This document shows positions 1-8,309 of a DNA stretch of 50,613 bases, one piece after another. Below the pieces are notes generated by a model that searched no databases, was not told the DNA's origin, and saw only the letters and a list, made by a program, of their open reading frames with translations. Numbering within the stretch: the first letter of the stretch is position 1; every line of letters starts with the position of its first letter. The translations under genes were made by a program, and so were the position numbers. This stretch comes from Verrucomicrobiales bacterium (GTDB lineage Bacteria; Verrucomicrobiota; Verrucomicrobiia; Methylacidiphilales; JAAUTS01), in contig JAISBF010000088.1 in NCBI GenBank assembly GCA_031266335.1, positions 1 to 50,613 on the forward strand. The letters are read 5' to 3'.

Positions 1-55
1 CGTTGCGTTTTGGCGAAAATGGGCTGCTGATCGTGCCTGCCGGCGCTGAGCCACA

Positions 56-137
56 CTGGGAGCGCCGGCTTCCAGCCGGCAACGAAGCGGGCGGGACGCC
101 CGCGCTCCATAAGCCGGCAAGATGCCGGCGCTCCCAG
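56..137. repeat. Composite REP-like nested-hairpin element (CTGGGAGC...GCTCCCAG outer arms enclosing three GC-rich mini-hairpins)
   Basis: The outer arms CTGGGAGCGCCGGC / GCCGGCGCTCCCAG are perfectly complementary. Internal hairpins are GCCGGCttccaGCCGGC, GCGGGCGggaCGCCCGC (followed by GCTCCATA) and GCCGGCaagatGCCGGC. It is related to the elements at 12162, 16187 and 49813. Confidence 0.6.
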
Positions 138-146
138 TGAAGCGAT

Positions 147-251
147 GATTTTGGACGAGTCCGTAATGATTTTGGACGAGTACAAAACGATTTTGGACAG
201 ACCGATTACGCCAACGAACAGGCCGGTAACGCCAACGGACAGGCCGGTTAC
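147..251 (+). repeat. Five tandem units with an exact 21-bp period (GATTTTGGACGAGTCCGTAAT type, drifting to GCCAACGRACAGGCCGGTWAC)
   Basis: Units read directly at 147-167, 168-188, 189-209, 210-230 and 231-251. The region is non-coding, downstream of the minus-strand gene ending at 439. Confidence 0.7.
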
Positions 252-317
252 GGCGATGAATGCCTCCGTCCCGTTGGGGTTAAACTCCCTGAGAGTGCCG
301 GAGTAGTCCAGCGTTAT

Positions 318-414
318 GGTTTGGAGGTTTGCAGTTGGAAATTGGCAGTTAATTGGCGTTTGGGATTTGGCGTTTGAAATTTTGTACTCGGCATTTGGAA
401 TTTTGTACTCGGTT
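318..414 (+). repeat. Degenerate TTGG-rich repeats ending in two 21-bp units (TTTGRAATTTTGTACTCGGYW)
   Basis: Units lie at 373-393 and 394-414. The core ATTTTGTACTCG is the reverse complement of CGAGTACAAAAC in unit 168-188, so this block is inverted relative to the 147-251 array. Confidence 0.55.
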
Positions 415-438
415 TTTGTCAAGCGCGCTTGGTTACAA

Positions 439-1887
439 TCAAACCTGCTTCAGCCGGATACGATGCAGCGGGATAATCCCGTCGGCCTGTACCCACAGGG
501 TGAGCTGGCGCTGGCTGGCGCTGGCGGTGCCGGCGACTTGGAAGCCGCTGCCGGTCGGCGGGACGCTGACGGTGGCGCCTTGTTCGACGCTGAGTGTCAG
601 CGGGCCGGTCAGGCGGTCATACGCGGGTTGCACTTCCACCTGCCACGCGCCGTCGTCGGGCACGGTCAGCGTCAGCGGCACCCGCTCGCGGTCGGCGCGG
701 ATGAGCAGGCCGTAACAGGTGCGCCGGTATGGGTCCTCGCGCAATTCGACCAAATGCACCTCGCGGCCCGTCGCGCGCAACGGCGCTTCCAGCGCGGCGA
801 GGGGGAACTCCACGCCCTCGTCCAGCGCGCGCCACGGCAGCGCGGCGGCGCGGCGCGGGTGATTGTCAGCGCCGCGCGGCAAGGGCGGGCGCGTGGCGGC
901 GGGCGTCAGTTGGTACCAGAACACCACGAAGGAGACGGCGTTGGTTTTGTGCGCGTGCCACCATTTCTCGATGGTGACTTTGAGGCTTTTTTTGAAGCGC
1001 ACCGGGTCGGCGAGGTGGAAGCGGTAGAGGCTCATGTAGCTGGTGCCGTCCGGCCGTTTCTCCACCAGCGGCGCGCCGTAGCAGGGGTGGCAGAACTCGT
1101 GGTTGTAGCCCCAGGCGTTGTTGAAGTAATCCTCCGAGCCGGTGCCGGTGATGGTCGGCAGCGGGTCGCCGTCGATGAACAGCATGTCGTCGCCCTCGCC
1201 CCACCAACTGTCGGCGCGCGCCTGGATGTAATAAAAGCAGCCGGCGTAATGCCCGCTGCCGGTGGTGTCCAGCAGCACCAGGTTGTCGCGCCCGTCGAGG
1301 TTGTGGTAGTCGCGCTCGTTGCCCGGCACCTGCCCGCGCGCCGCCGGCTCGTGCCCGAACGCGGCGTGGAACAGCGCGGCGTTGGCCGGTTGCGGGCCGA
1401 GTTCGTAGTCGATGTGGTAGAAGAACAGCCGCACGGTGCGCAGTCCGTTGTTGTACACCTCGACGCGCGCCGCCTGGTGAAACGGCATCGGCCAATAGCA
1501 GTTGAACGCGCGCTCGTTGCCGCCCAGCGCCACCGGCAGCGAGTTGACGGCGTATTTGCGCGGGTAATAGAACGTCTCCGGCGACAGCGCGTGGCCGAGG
1601 CCGAAGAAGTCGCCGATGGGCACCTCCACGCTGGGCGTGGTCGCGCCGTCCCAATACATCCGCAGCACCAGGTCGCGCGCCACGGTGTCGTGGCCGGATT
1701 GGTCGAACTCGCGCAAGGTCGCCCAGAGGTGGGTGATTTTGCCCGGCCCGGCGGTGTCGAGCAGCACGGCGGTCTGGCCCGGTTCAATGTAGAAGAGGCA
1801 ATCGTCGTTGCCGCCGGCACGGTCGTAGCTGGAGGCGCGGCGGGTGACGGCGTCGCTGACCAGCGCGTAGTTTTCGAGTGGATTCAT
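439..1887 (-). CDS. DUF2961 / glycoside hydrolase family 172-like protein
   Basis: 482-aa ORF. It has the family hallmarks RASSYDRAGGNDD near the N-terminus and TGTGSEDYFNNAWG. High-GC codon usage. The 1127-aa plus-strand ORF is its antisense shadow. Confidence 0.85.
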   Translation of the reverse strand: MNPLENYALVSDAVTRRASSYDRAGGNDDCLFYIEPGQTAVLLDTAGPGKITHLWATLREFDQSGHDTVARDLVLRMYWDGATTPSVEVPIGDFFGLGHALSPETFYYPRKYAVNSLPVALGGNERAFNCYWPMPFHQAARVEVYNNGLRTVRLFFYHIDYELGPQPANAALFHAAFGHEPAARGQVPGNERDYHNLDGRDNLVLLDTTGSGHYAGCFYYIQARADSWWGEGDDMLFIDGDPLPTITGTGSEDYFNNAWGYNHEFCHPCYGAPLVEKRPDGTSYMSLYRFHLADPVRFKKSLKVTIEKWWHAHKTNAVSFVVFWYQLTPAATRPPLPRGADNHPRRAAALPWRALDEGVEFPLAALEAPLRATGREVHLVELREDPYRRTCYGLLIRADRERVPLTLTVPDDGAWQVEVQPAYDRLTGPLTLSVEQGATVSVPPTGSGFQVAGTASASQRQLTLWVQADGIIPLHRIRLKQV

Positions 1888-1911
1888 AAGAGTAGAGGTA
1901 ACCAGTTGCGG

Positions 1912-3984
1912 TTAGAACCAGCGGTCCTGGGTGTGCAACGGCCAATCGTCGGTGCGGAACGGCGCGGCGGGCAGGCCGGATTTATTATAGAGATTGCAGC
2001 CCTCCGGGTTGTTGGCCCAGGCGTAGCGGACGGCGACGGGGGCGGGCACCGCGGGGCTGGAGACGAGGATGGTGTCGCCGTCGATGACCGCCTCGGCGGC
2101 GCGCCATTGCTGGTCGGCGCCGCTGATGATGAACTGGCGCAACGCGCCGTCTTTGGCGACGAGGCCACCGGTCGGGTTGGCGAAACGGAGGCGGAGGCGG
2201 CCGGCTTCGACGGTGGCGGATTGATAGACCGGGCCGGCGCTGCCGCCGGGCTGGGGCAGGCCGTAGCTGTGTTCGAGGGCGAGGAGCGCCAGCCGGCGGC
2301 CGACGTCGCGTTTGTTGCGGGGATGAATGTCGTTGGCCTCGCCGATATCGATGGTGACGGCGAGGTACGCGCCGGGGATTTGGCGCGCGGCGGCCTGCTG
2401 GCTGTCGCGCAATTCGGCCCAACTGTCGTTGAGGCCCGCGGGCGAGACGGTCGGCTGGCCGTAGCCGGGGAGTTGGACGATATAGAAGGGCAGCTCGTCC
2501 TGCCGCCAGGCGTGGCGCCAGGATTGGACGAGGGCGGCGAGGAAGCTGCGGTAGGCCCAGGGGGCGCGGGCGCTGCTTTCGCCCTGGTACCAGAGGACGC
2601 CCTTGACGGGGTACGGGGTGAAGGGGTTGACCATGCCGTTGTAGAGGACGGTGGGGGTTTGCTCGAAGCGGACTTCCGGGGGCTTGGGCATTTCGTCGCG
2701 GGCGGCCACGGTCAGCGGCGGGAAGGCGGCCTCGACTTTGACCAGCCATTCGCTGGAGACCTCGGCGAGGCCGGGGATGAGGGAGGGGCCGCGCGGGAGT
2801 TCCTGGTTTTTGCCCTCGTGGCAGACGATGCGCAGGGCGAAGACATTGTCAGCGTCGGGGCGGATGGCGCCGGGCTGGGCGGGGTCGCGGGGGAGTCGGA
2901 CGCCGATGCCGTTGCTGTGCCAGAAGTACGGGGGCAGGTTGCCGCCGGTGCCGATGGGGCTGCCGTTGAGGTAGATAGTGATGTCGTTGCGCAGCCGGCC
3001 GAAGTTAAGGTCGCGCAGCGCGGCGGCACGGTCAGCGGGGATGAAGACGGTCTTGCGGAACCAGACGACGCCACCGTCAGCGGGCAGCTTGGCGTTCCGC
3101 CACCAGTCACGGTCAGTGGTGACGACGGGGGTCCAGTCGGCGGTAGGCAGGTCCGGGGCGGCCCAGGCGGGATTGGGGGTCGGCGCGCCGGGGTCGGTGT
3201 GGTGGTACTTTTGCTGCCAGGCCAGATAGTCGCCGGGGAAGCGGGCGGCGTCGGCGTCGAGGTTGATGTAGTTGTTGAGGGTGGTGGCGACGAAGTCCTT
3301 GATTTCGGGGATGGTGTCCAGCGCGTCGCGGGAGGTCCAGGCTTTGACGTCCGTGCCGCCCTGGGCGGAGTGGATGATGCCGATGGGGACGCCGGTGGCG
3401 TCCTGGACGGCCTTGGCGAAGTAGTAGCCGACGGCGCTGTGGCGGTTCGCGGATTGGGGGCTGGCGACTTCCCATTTGGCGCTGACGGTGGGGACGGGGG
3501 TGGCGGCGTTCTTGAAGGGGACGCCGAAGTAGCGCAAGTGGGGGCGGTCGATGGCGGCGATTTCGTCAGCGTCAGCGAGGCGGAAGAACATGTTGGATTG
3601 ACCGGCGCAGAACCAGACATCGCCGACATCGACGTTGTTCACGACGAGCGGCGGGCCGTCCTTGCCGCTGACGGTGAGGGTGAGATTCTCCGCCGCTGAC
3701 AAGTCGTGGAAGCGGGCGGTCCAGGCGCCATCGGCAGCGGCGGTGGCGGTGGTGGTTAACGCGCCGAGCTTGAGGGTGACGAGTTCGCCGGGGCTGGCGG
3801 TGCCGCGAATGGGGGTGGTGTTGCCGCGCTGGAGCACCATGTTGTCGGTGATGAGGAAGTCGAGCGTGACCGCGTCAGCGCCGGCGGGCGGCAGCGATAG
3901 AATGCTGGCCGCCAAAGCGCAACGGGCAAACCAGCGGCGGAGTTGGCGTTGGATACTTTTACGGTGGTCGGGGTGGTCGTGCAT
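1912..3984 (-). CDS. Sialate O-acetylesterase-like (SASA/DUF303, SGNH-type) carbohydrate esterase, secreted
   Basis: 690-aa ORF with an N-terminal signal-like segment, a GQSNM catalytic-serine motif (VWFCAGQSNMFF), WYQGESS and DIHPRNKRDVGRRLA. It is a paralog of 4116-6140. Confidence 0.85.
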   Translation of the reverse strand: MHDHPDHRKSIQRQLRRWFARCALAASILSLPPAGADAVTLDFLITDNMVLQRGNTTPIRGTASPGELVTLKLGALTTTATAAADGAWTARFHDLSAAENLTLTVSGKDGPPLVVNNVDVGDVWFCAGQSNMFFRLADADEIAAIDRPHLRYFGVPFKNAATPVPTVSAKWEVASPQSANRHSAVGYYFAKAVQDATGVPIGIIHSAQGGTDVKAWTSRDALDTIPEIKDFVATTLNNYINLDADAARFPGDYLAWQQKYHHTDPGAPTPNPAWAAPDLPTADWTPVVTTDRDWWRNAKLPADGGVVWFRKTVFIPADRAAALRDLNFGRLRNDITIYLNGSPIGTGGNLPPYFWHSNGIGVRLPRDPAQPGAIRPDADNVFALRIVCHEGKNQELPRGPSLIPGLAEVSSEWLVKVEAAFPPLTVAARDEMPKPPEVRFEQTPTVLYNGMVNPFTPYPVKGVLWYQGESSARAPWAYRSFLAALVQSWRHAWRQDELPFYIVQLPGYGQPTVSPAGLNDSWAELRDSQQAAARQIPGAYLAVTIDIGEANDIHPRNKRDVGRRLALLALEHSYGLPQPGGSAGPVYQSATVEAGRLRLRFANPTGGLVAKDGALRQFIISGADQQWRAAEAVIDGDTILVSSPAVPAPVAVRYAWANNPEGCNLYNKSGLPAAPFRTDDWPLHTQDRWF

Positions 3985-4115
3985 AATTTTTTCCTATATG
4001 GTATTTCGCTTTGACACAGCGCCAGCGAATTCCCCTCTACGAGAGGGGAATTTGCTAACGCTGGACTCATCTCAATTAACATAGGGTTCATGTCAAACAC
4101 CATAATATCGGGCGC

Positions 4116-6140
4116 TTAAAACCAGCGGTTTTTAGTGCCCAGCGGCCAGTCGTCGGTGCGGAACGGCGAGGCGGGCAGGCCGGTCCGGTTATACAAATTG
4201 CAGCCCTCCGGATTGCCGGCCCAGGCGTAGCGGACGGCGACGGGGGCGCTGACGTTGGGGCTGGAGACGACCACGCTGTCGCCGTCAATCACTGCCTCGG
4301 CCTCGTGCCATTTCTGGTCCGCGCCGGCGATGACGAAGCGCCGTAGCGCGCCGTCCTTGGCGACCAGGCCACCGTCAGCGTGGGTGAATTGCACGCGGAT
4401 TTTGCCGCCCGCAATGTCAGCGGACTGGAACACCGGGCCGGAGTATTCGCCGGGCTGGCCGTAAGCGTGCGCCAGCGCCTGCAACGCGAGGCGGTAGCCG
4501 ACGTCGCGCTTGTTGCGCGGGTGGATGTCGTTGGCGTCGCCGATGTCGATGGTCACGGCGACCTTCACGTTCGGGTCGTGCTGGGCGACGTAATTCTGGC
4601 CTTCGCGCACTCCGGGCCAGCGGAGGTCGCCGCCGCTGGCGTCGGTCGGCGGCTTGGAAAAATTGGCGAGTTGCACGACGTAGAACGGCATGGCGTCCTG
4701 CCGCCACGCGGCGCGCCACGAGTCGATCATGGCCTGCAACAGGACGTGGTAATTCTCGGCGTAACCGGCGCTGCTTTCGCCCTGGTACCATAACACCCCT
4801 TTGACGGCAAAGCGCGTGAGCGGCGCGACCATGCCGTTGTAAATGGCGCCCGGCGTTCCCTCGCCGCGCATCGACGGCGGCTGGGGCTGCGCCGCCCGCG
4901 CGGCCGCTGACAGTGGCGCGAATTTATGCTCGACCTTCGCCCGCCACTCGTCGCTGACCGCGTCGGCGGGCAGGCGGAAGCCCATGCGGGCGGCGGGCGG
5001 CAAGCCGGGGTTCTTGCCGTTTTGGCAGATGATGCGGAGGGCATAGACATTGTCAGCGTCGGGCTTGACGAACTCGCCGCGCGGCACGCCGGGGCGCGCG
5101 TAGTCGTTCCAAAAATACGGCGGCGTGGTGCCGGTGACGGCCAGCGGCTTGCCGTTGATATAAACGTCAGCCTGGTCGCGCACCGCGCCGGGTTCGAAAT
5201 AATTCACGGCGTTGGCGGCCGGCGCGGGCAGGTGGATTTTTTTGCGCAGCCACAGCACGCCGCCATCGGCCAGGCCGAGTTGTTTGGCCCAGTCACCGTC
5301 AGCGGCGACTTTTTGCCAGTCGCGGTCGTCGAACTCCGGCGCCGCCCAGCCCGCCGCGAAGCCGGTATTGCCGGGATCGAGTCGGTTGTTGGCCCTTTGC
5401 CACGCGGCGAGCGCGACGGGGAATTGCCCGGCGTCAGCGGCGAGGTTGGCGTAATCGCGCGCGCGCTGCTCGATTTGCGCCTTGATGTCCGACGGCACCG
5501 GCAGCGCCGTCAGCGCGGCGAGCGGCACCCACGGCTTGATGTCCGTCCCGCTCCAGTCGCTCTTGAGCAGGCCGATCGGCACGCCGGCGGCGGCCTGCAC
5601 GAACTTGGCGAAATAATAGCCGACCGCGGTGCATTCGCCCGCGCTTTGCGGGGTAATGACCTGCCAACGCACGCCGGCGGCCAGCGCCGCTGCCGGTGTC
5701 GCCGCCGGCGTGTACGGCACTTGCAGAAAGCGGAGGTGCGGACGGTCGGCGGCGGCGATTTCCTCGCGGTCGGCGAGCCGGAACGCCATGTTCGACTGGC
5801 CGGAGCAGACGTACACATCGCCGACATCCACGTCGCTCACCGTCAGCGGCGCGGCGGTTTGCGAGCCGTTCACCGTCAGCGTCAGGCTCTCGGCCGCCGT
5901 CAGGTTGTTGAACACCGCCGTCCAGTTGCCGTCACGGTCAGCGGTGGCGCGCGCCGTCGCGGCGCCCAGCGTCAGCGTGATGGTTTCGCCGGGACTGGCG
6001 GTGCCGAACACCGGCGTGGCCGCGCCGCGTTGCAATACGGCGTGGTCGGTGAACAGCGGATCCAGTTGCACGGCGGCGCTGACGGTGAGGGGGGCCAGCG
6101 CCAGCAGCAGCGTCAGCGACAGGGAAGGTGTGAATCTCAT
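4116..6140 (-). CDS. Sialate O-acetylesterase-like (SASA/DUF303) carbohydrate esterase, secreted; tandem paralog
   Basis: 674-aa ORF with signal peptide MRFTPSLSLTLLLALAPLTVSAA, CSGQSNM, WYQGESS and DIHPRNKRDVGYRLA. It is collinear with 1912-3984 over its full length. Confidence 0.85.
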   Translation of the reverse strand: MRFTPSLSLTLLLALAPLTVSAAVQLDPLFTDHAVLQRGAATPVFGTASPGETITLTLGAATARATADRDGNWTAVFNNLTAAESLTLTVNGSQTAAPLTVSDVDVGDVYVCSGQSNMAFRLADREEIAAADRPHLRFLQVPYTPAATPAAALAAGVRWQVITPQSAGECTAVGYYFAKFVQAAAGVPIGLLKSDWSGTDIKPWVPLAALTALPVPSDIKAQIEQRARDYANLAADAGQFPVALAAWQRANNRLDPGNTGFAAGWAAPEFDDRDWQKVAADGDWAKQLGLADGGVLWLRKKIHLPAPAANAVNYFEPGAVRDQADVYINGKPLAVTGTTPPYFWNDYARPGVPRGEFVKPDADNVYALRIICQNGKNPGLPPAARMGFRLPADAVSDEWRAKVEHKFAPLSAAARAAQPQPPSMRGEGTPGAIYNGMVAPLTRFAVKGVLWYQGESSAGYAENYHVLLQAMIDSWRAAWRQDAMPFYVVQLANFSKPPTDASGGDLRWPGVREGQNYVAQHDPNVKVAVTIDIGDANDIHPRNKRDVGYRLALQALAHAYGQPGEYSGPVFQSADIAGGKIRVQFTHADGGLVAKDGALRRFVIAGADQKWHEAEAVIDGDSVVVSSPNVSAPVAVRYAWAGNPEGCNLYNRTGLPASPFRTDDWPLGTKNRWF

Positions 6141-6198
6141 AAAATAAAGAGTTTACAAGCAAAGAAGTCCTTTGCTACATTTTTTTCAAATATTCTAT
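6141..6198. promoter_or_regulatory. AT-rich divergent intergenic (putative promoter) region
   Basis: A short, strongly AT-rich spacer lies between divergently oriented genes (4116-6140 minus, 6199-8292 plus) in an otherwise GC-rich locus. No specific -35/-10 assignment was made. Confidence 0.3.
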
Positions 6199-8292
6199 AT
6201 GAAAAAAATAACCAGGAACGAAAAGTACTTTGATATGGACGGTCAACGGCAGCGGCGCGAGCAGTGGTTCGCGGCGGCGCGCCAGCACATCGACCGGATG
6301 CTCAACCCCGACGGCACGCCCGTCATCCCGCAATTTGACTCGCCGCACCGCGAGACGCTGTGGCTGGCCGCCGCGCTCTACACCGGCGGGCCGGAACACG
6401 TTGACATCATCAACCGCGCCCTCGCCCGCTGGCACGACCTGCCGCCCGTGCCCAACGATGAGAAGGCGCCCGGCCATCGGGAGACGCACGGCACCGAGTT
6501 CGGCATTTTCCAGTCCAACACCATCACGCATTTGTACCACCGTTTCGCCGACAAGATGACGGCGGCGGCCAAGGCGGTCGCGCAGGTGCATTTGCAGAAC
6601 GCGACCCGCACGTTCGACGGCTCCGGCCAGCCTGACACCAAATTCCACGGCGCGAACGACAACATGCCGGCGATGGCGACGCAGGGGCTGATTTTCGGCG
6701 GCGAGTGCCTCGGCAACGCCGACGCGGTCAAACAGGGCCGCTTGTATTTGAACCAAATCCGGCTGCTGTTGTCACGGTCAGCGTGGATGTCGGAGTTCAA
6801 CTCGTCCACCTACACGGCGGTCACGCTGTCGCACATCGCGCAAATCGCGACGTTCGCCCGCGACGCGGAAATTCGCGCGCTGGCGCTGGACATCGAGCAC
6901 CGGCTGTGGGCCGAGGTGCTGCTGCATTTCCATCCGCCGACCTTCCGCCAGGCCGGGCCGCACTCGCGCGCCAACGCGGCGAATTTCTCCGGGCACAGCC
7001 ATTGTTTGCAACTGGTGCTGTGGGCGGCGCTCGGCCCCATCATCAGCGGGCGCGATCCCATCCGCAGCATGTATCAGCCGGACGGGCGCGAGATTATTCA
7101 CTTCGAGGGCTGCCCGTGGCAGAGCATCGCGGAGTGGACGCATTTCCTCGACACGGATTTTCACCTGCCCGTCGCACTCGCCGAGCTGGCCACCAAGCGC
7201 GATTATCCCACCCATACGCGCGGTCGCAGCGAGAGCATGGGCGCCTACGGCCTGTCGTCCAACGTGTATCACACCGAGACTTACATGGAGGAGGATTTTT
7301 CCCTCGGCTCGGTCAACATTCCGATGGGCGGCGGCGACCAGACCACCTCGCTGTTCGCCACTTACAAACTCAAGCCGCTGACGGTGGATTTCCGCGACGC
7401 GGCGACGGTGTTTTGCAAATATAATATCACCGGCGACACGCACGGCCAGCTGGATCGCTCCGCTGACGGTCAGTACCAGGGCGAGCGGGCCATCAACAAC
7501 AAGGGCTGGTTCTTCACCCTGCAACAGGACAACGTCGGGCTGCTGCTGGTCACGCCGAACTTGTCCGCCGCGCCGCTGGAGACCGGGGCGCTGCGGCTGG
7601 ACGTGGTGTTCCCCGCGCACTACGGCAACATCCGCCGCACCCTCATCGGCAGCGGCCCCGCGCGCGACGGCGCGGTCGGCGAGAGCGCTGACGTTGTGCC
7701 GGTTTCCATCGAGGCCGGCGAGGTGTTCATCAACATCATCCCGCTCATCCCCACCAGCCTGCCGCGGCAGGCCGCGCTGCGCTTCGAGTCGCAGCACGGG
7801 CGCTACGAGGTGCTGCAACTCGTCAATTACGAGGGGCCGCGCCGCGTCTTCTCCCGCGCCCAGCTTGAACTGGCGCTGAACGGCGTGATATTCACCATCG
7901 ACGCGAAAAAGCATCACGCCTCGCTGGAGGAATTCCACCGCGCCAAGTCCAAGGCGCTGATCACCGACTATTATTTCCAAAACAACCGCTTCTTCGAGTT
8001 CCAGCGGGACGGCGTGTGGTTCCAGGCCACTTACGCGCCCGATTGCGGCGGCGTGCAGACCGAGGCGGTGGGCGGCCGCACCGTCGCGCGCCCGGTGTTC
8101 GAGAGCAGCGAACTGGACGTGACCAAACTGCCGTTCGTCAGCGGCCCGGTCGCGCCGAACTTCCCGTTCTTCCCGTGGAAGGACAACATGGAAGTGAAAT
8201 GGTATCCCGAAAACAGCTGGCTCATCGGCTCGCGCGGGCTGCCGGAGGAAACCCCCTACACGCGCCTGGTCGAGCGCATCAAGGTAAAATAA
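6199..8292 (+). CDS. Conserved protein of unknown function (X1), no obvious signal peptide; paralog of 41042-43096
   Basis: Long ORF collinear with 41042-43096 (shared GQRQRREQWF, IPQFDSPHRE, HGANDNMP, YKLKPLTV, FPAHYGNIRR). The start is ambiguous: ATG at 6199 or 6235. The paralog alignment favours 6235. Confidence 0.75.
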   Translation: MKKITRNEKYFDMDGQRQRREQWFAAARQHIDRMLNPDGTPVIPQFDSPHRETLWLAAALYTGGPEHVDIINRALARWHDLPPVPNDEKAPGHRETHGTEFGIFQSNTITHLYHRFADKMTAAAKAVAQVHLQNATRTFDGSGQPDTKFHGANDNMPAMATQGLIFGGECLGNADAVKQGRLYLNQIRLLLSRSAWMSEFNSSTYTAVTLSHIAQIATFARDAEIRALALDIEHRLWAEVLLHFHPPTFRQAGPHSRANAANFSGHSHCLQLVLWAALGPIISGRDPIRSMYQPDGREIIHFEGCPWQSIAEWTHFLDTDFHLPVALAELATKRDYPTHTRGRSESMGAYGLSSNVYHTETYMEEDFSLGSVNIPMGGGDQTTSLFATYKLKPLTVDFRDAATVFCKYNITGDTHGQLDRSADGQYQGERAINNKGWFFTLQQDNVGLLLVTPNLSAAPLETGALRLDVVFPAHYGNIRRTLIGSGPARDGAVGESADVVPVSIEAGEVFINIIPLIPTSLPRQAALRFESQHGRYEVLQLVNYEGPRRVFSRAQLELALNGVIFTIDAKKHHASLEEFHRAKSKALITDYYFQNNRFFEFQRDGVWFQATYAPDCGGVQTEAVGGRTVARPVFESSELDVTKLPFVSGPVAPNFPFFPWKDNMEVKWYPENSWLIGSRGLPEETPYTRLVERIKVK

Positions 8293-8309
8293 CCGACCGG
8301 AGACTGACA

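Noticed and set aside
316-3699. The 1127-aa plus-strand ORF, the longest in the first 4 kb.
   Set aside because: It lies antisense to three well-supported minus-strand genes (GH172, the SASA esterase and part of the spacer). The product is low-complexity and rich in Ala, Gly, Arg and Val, as is typical of shadow ORFs in high-GC DNA. No family motifs.
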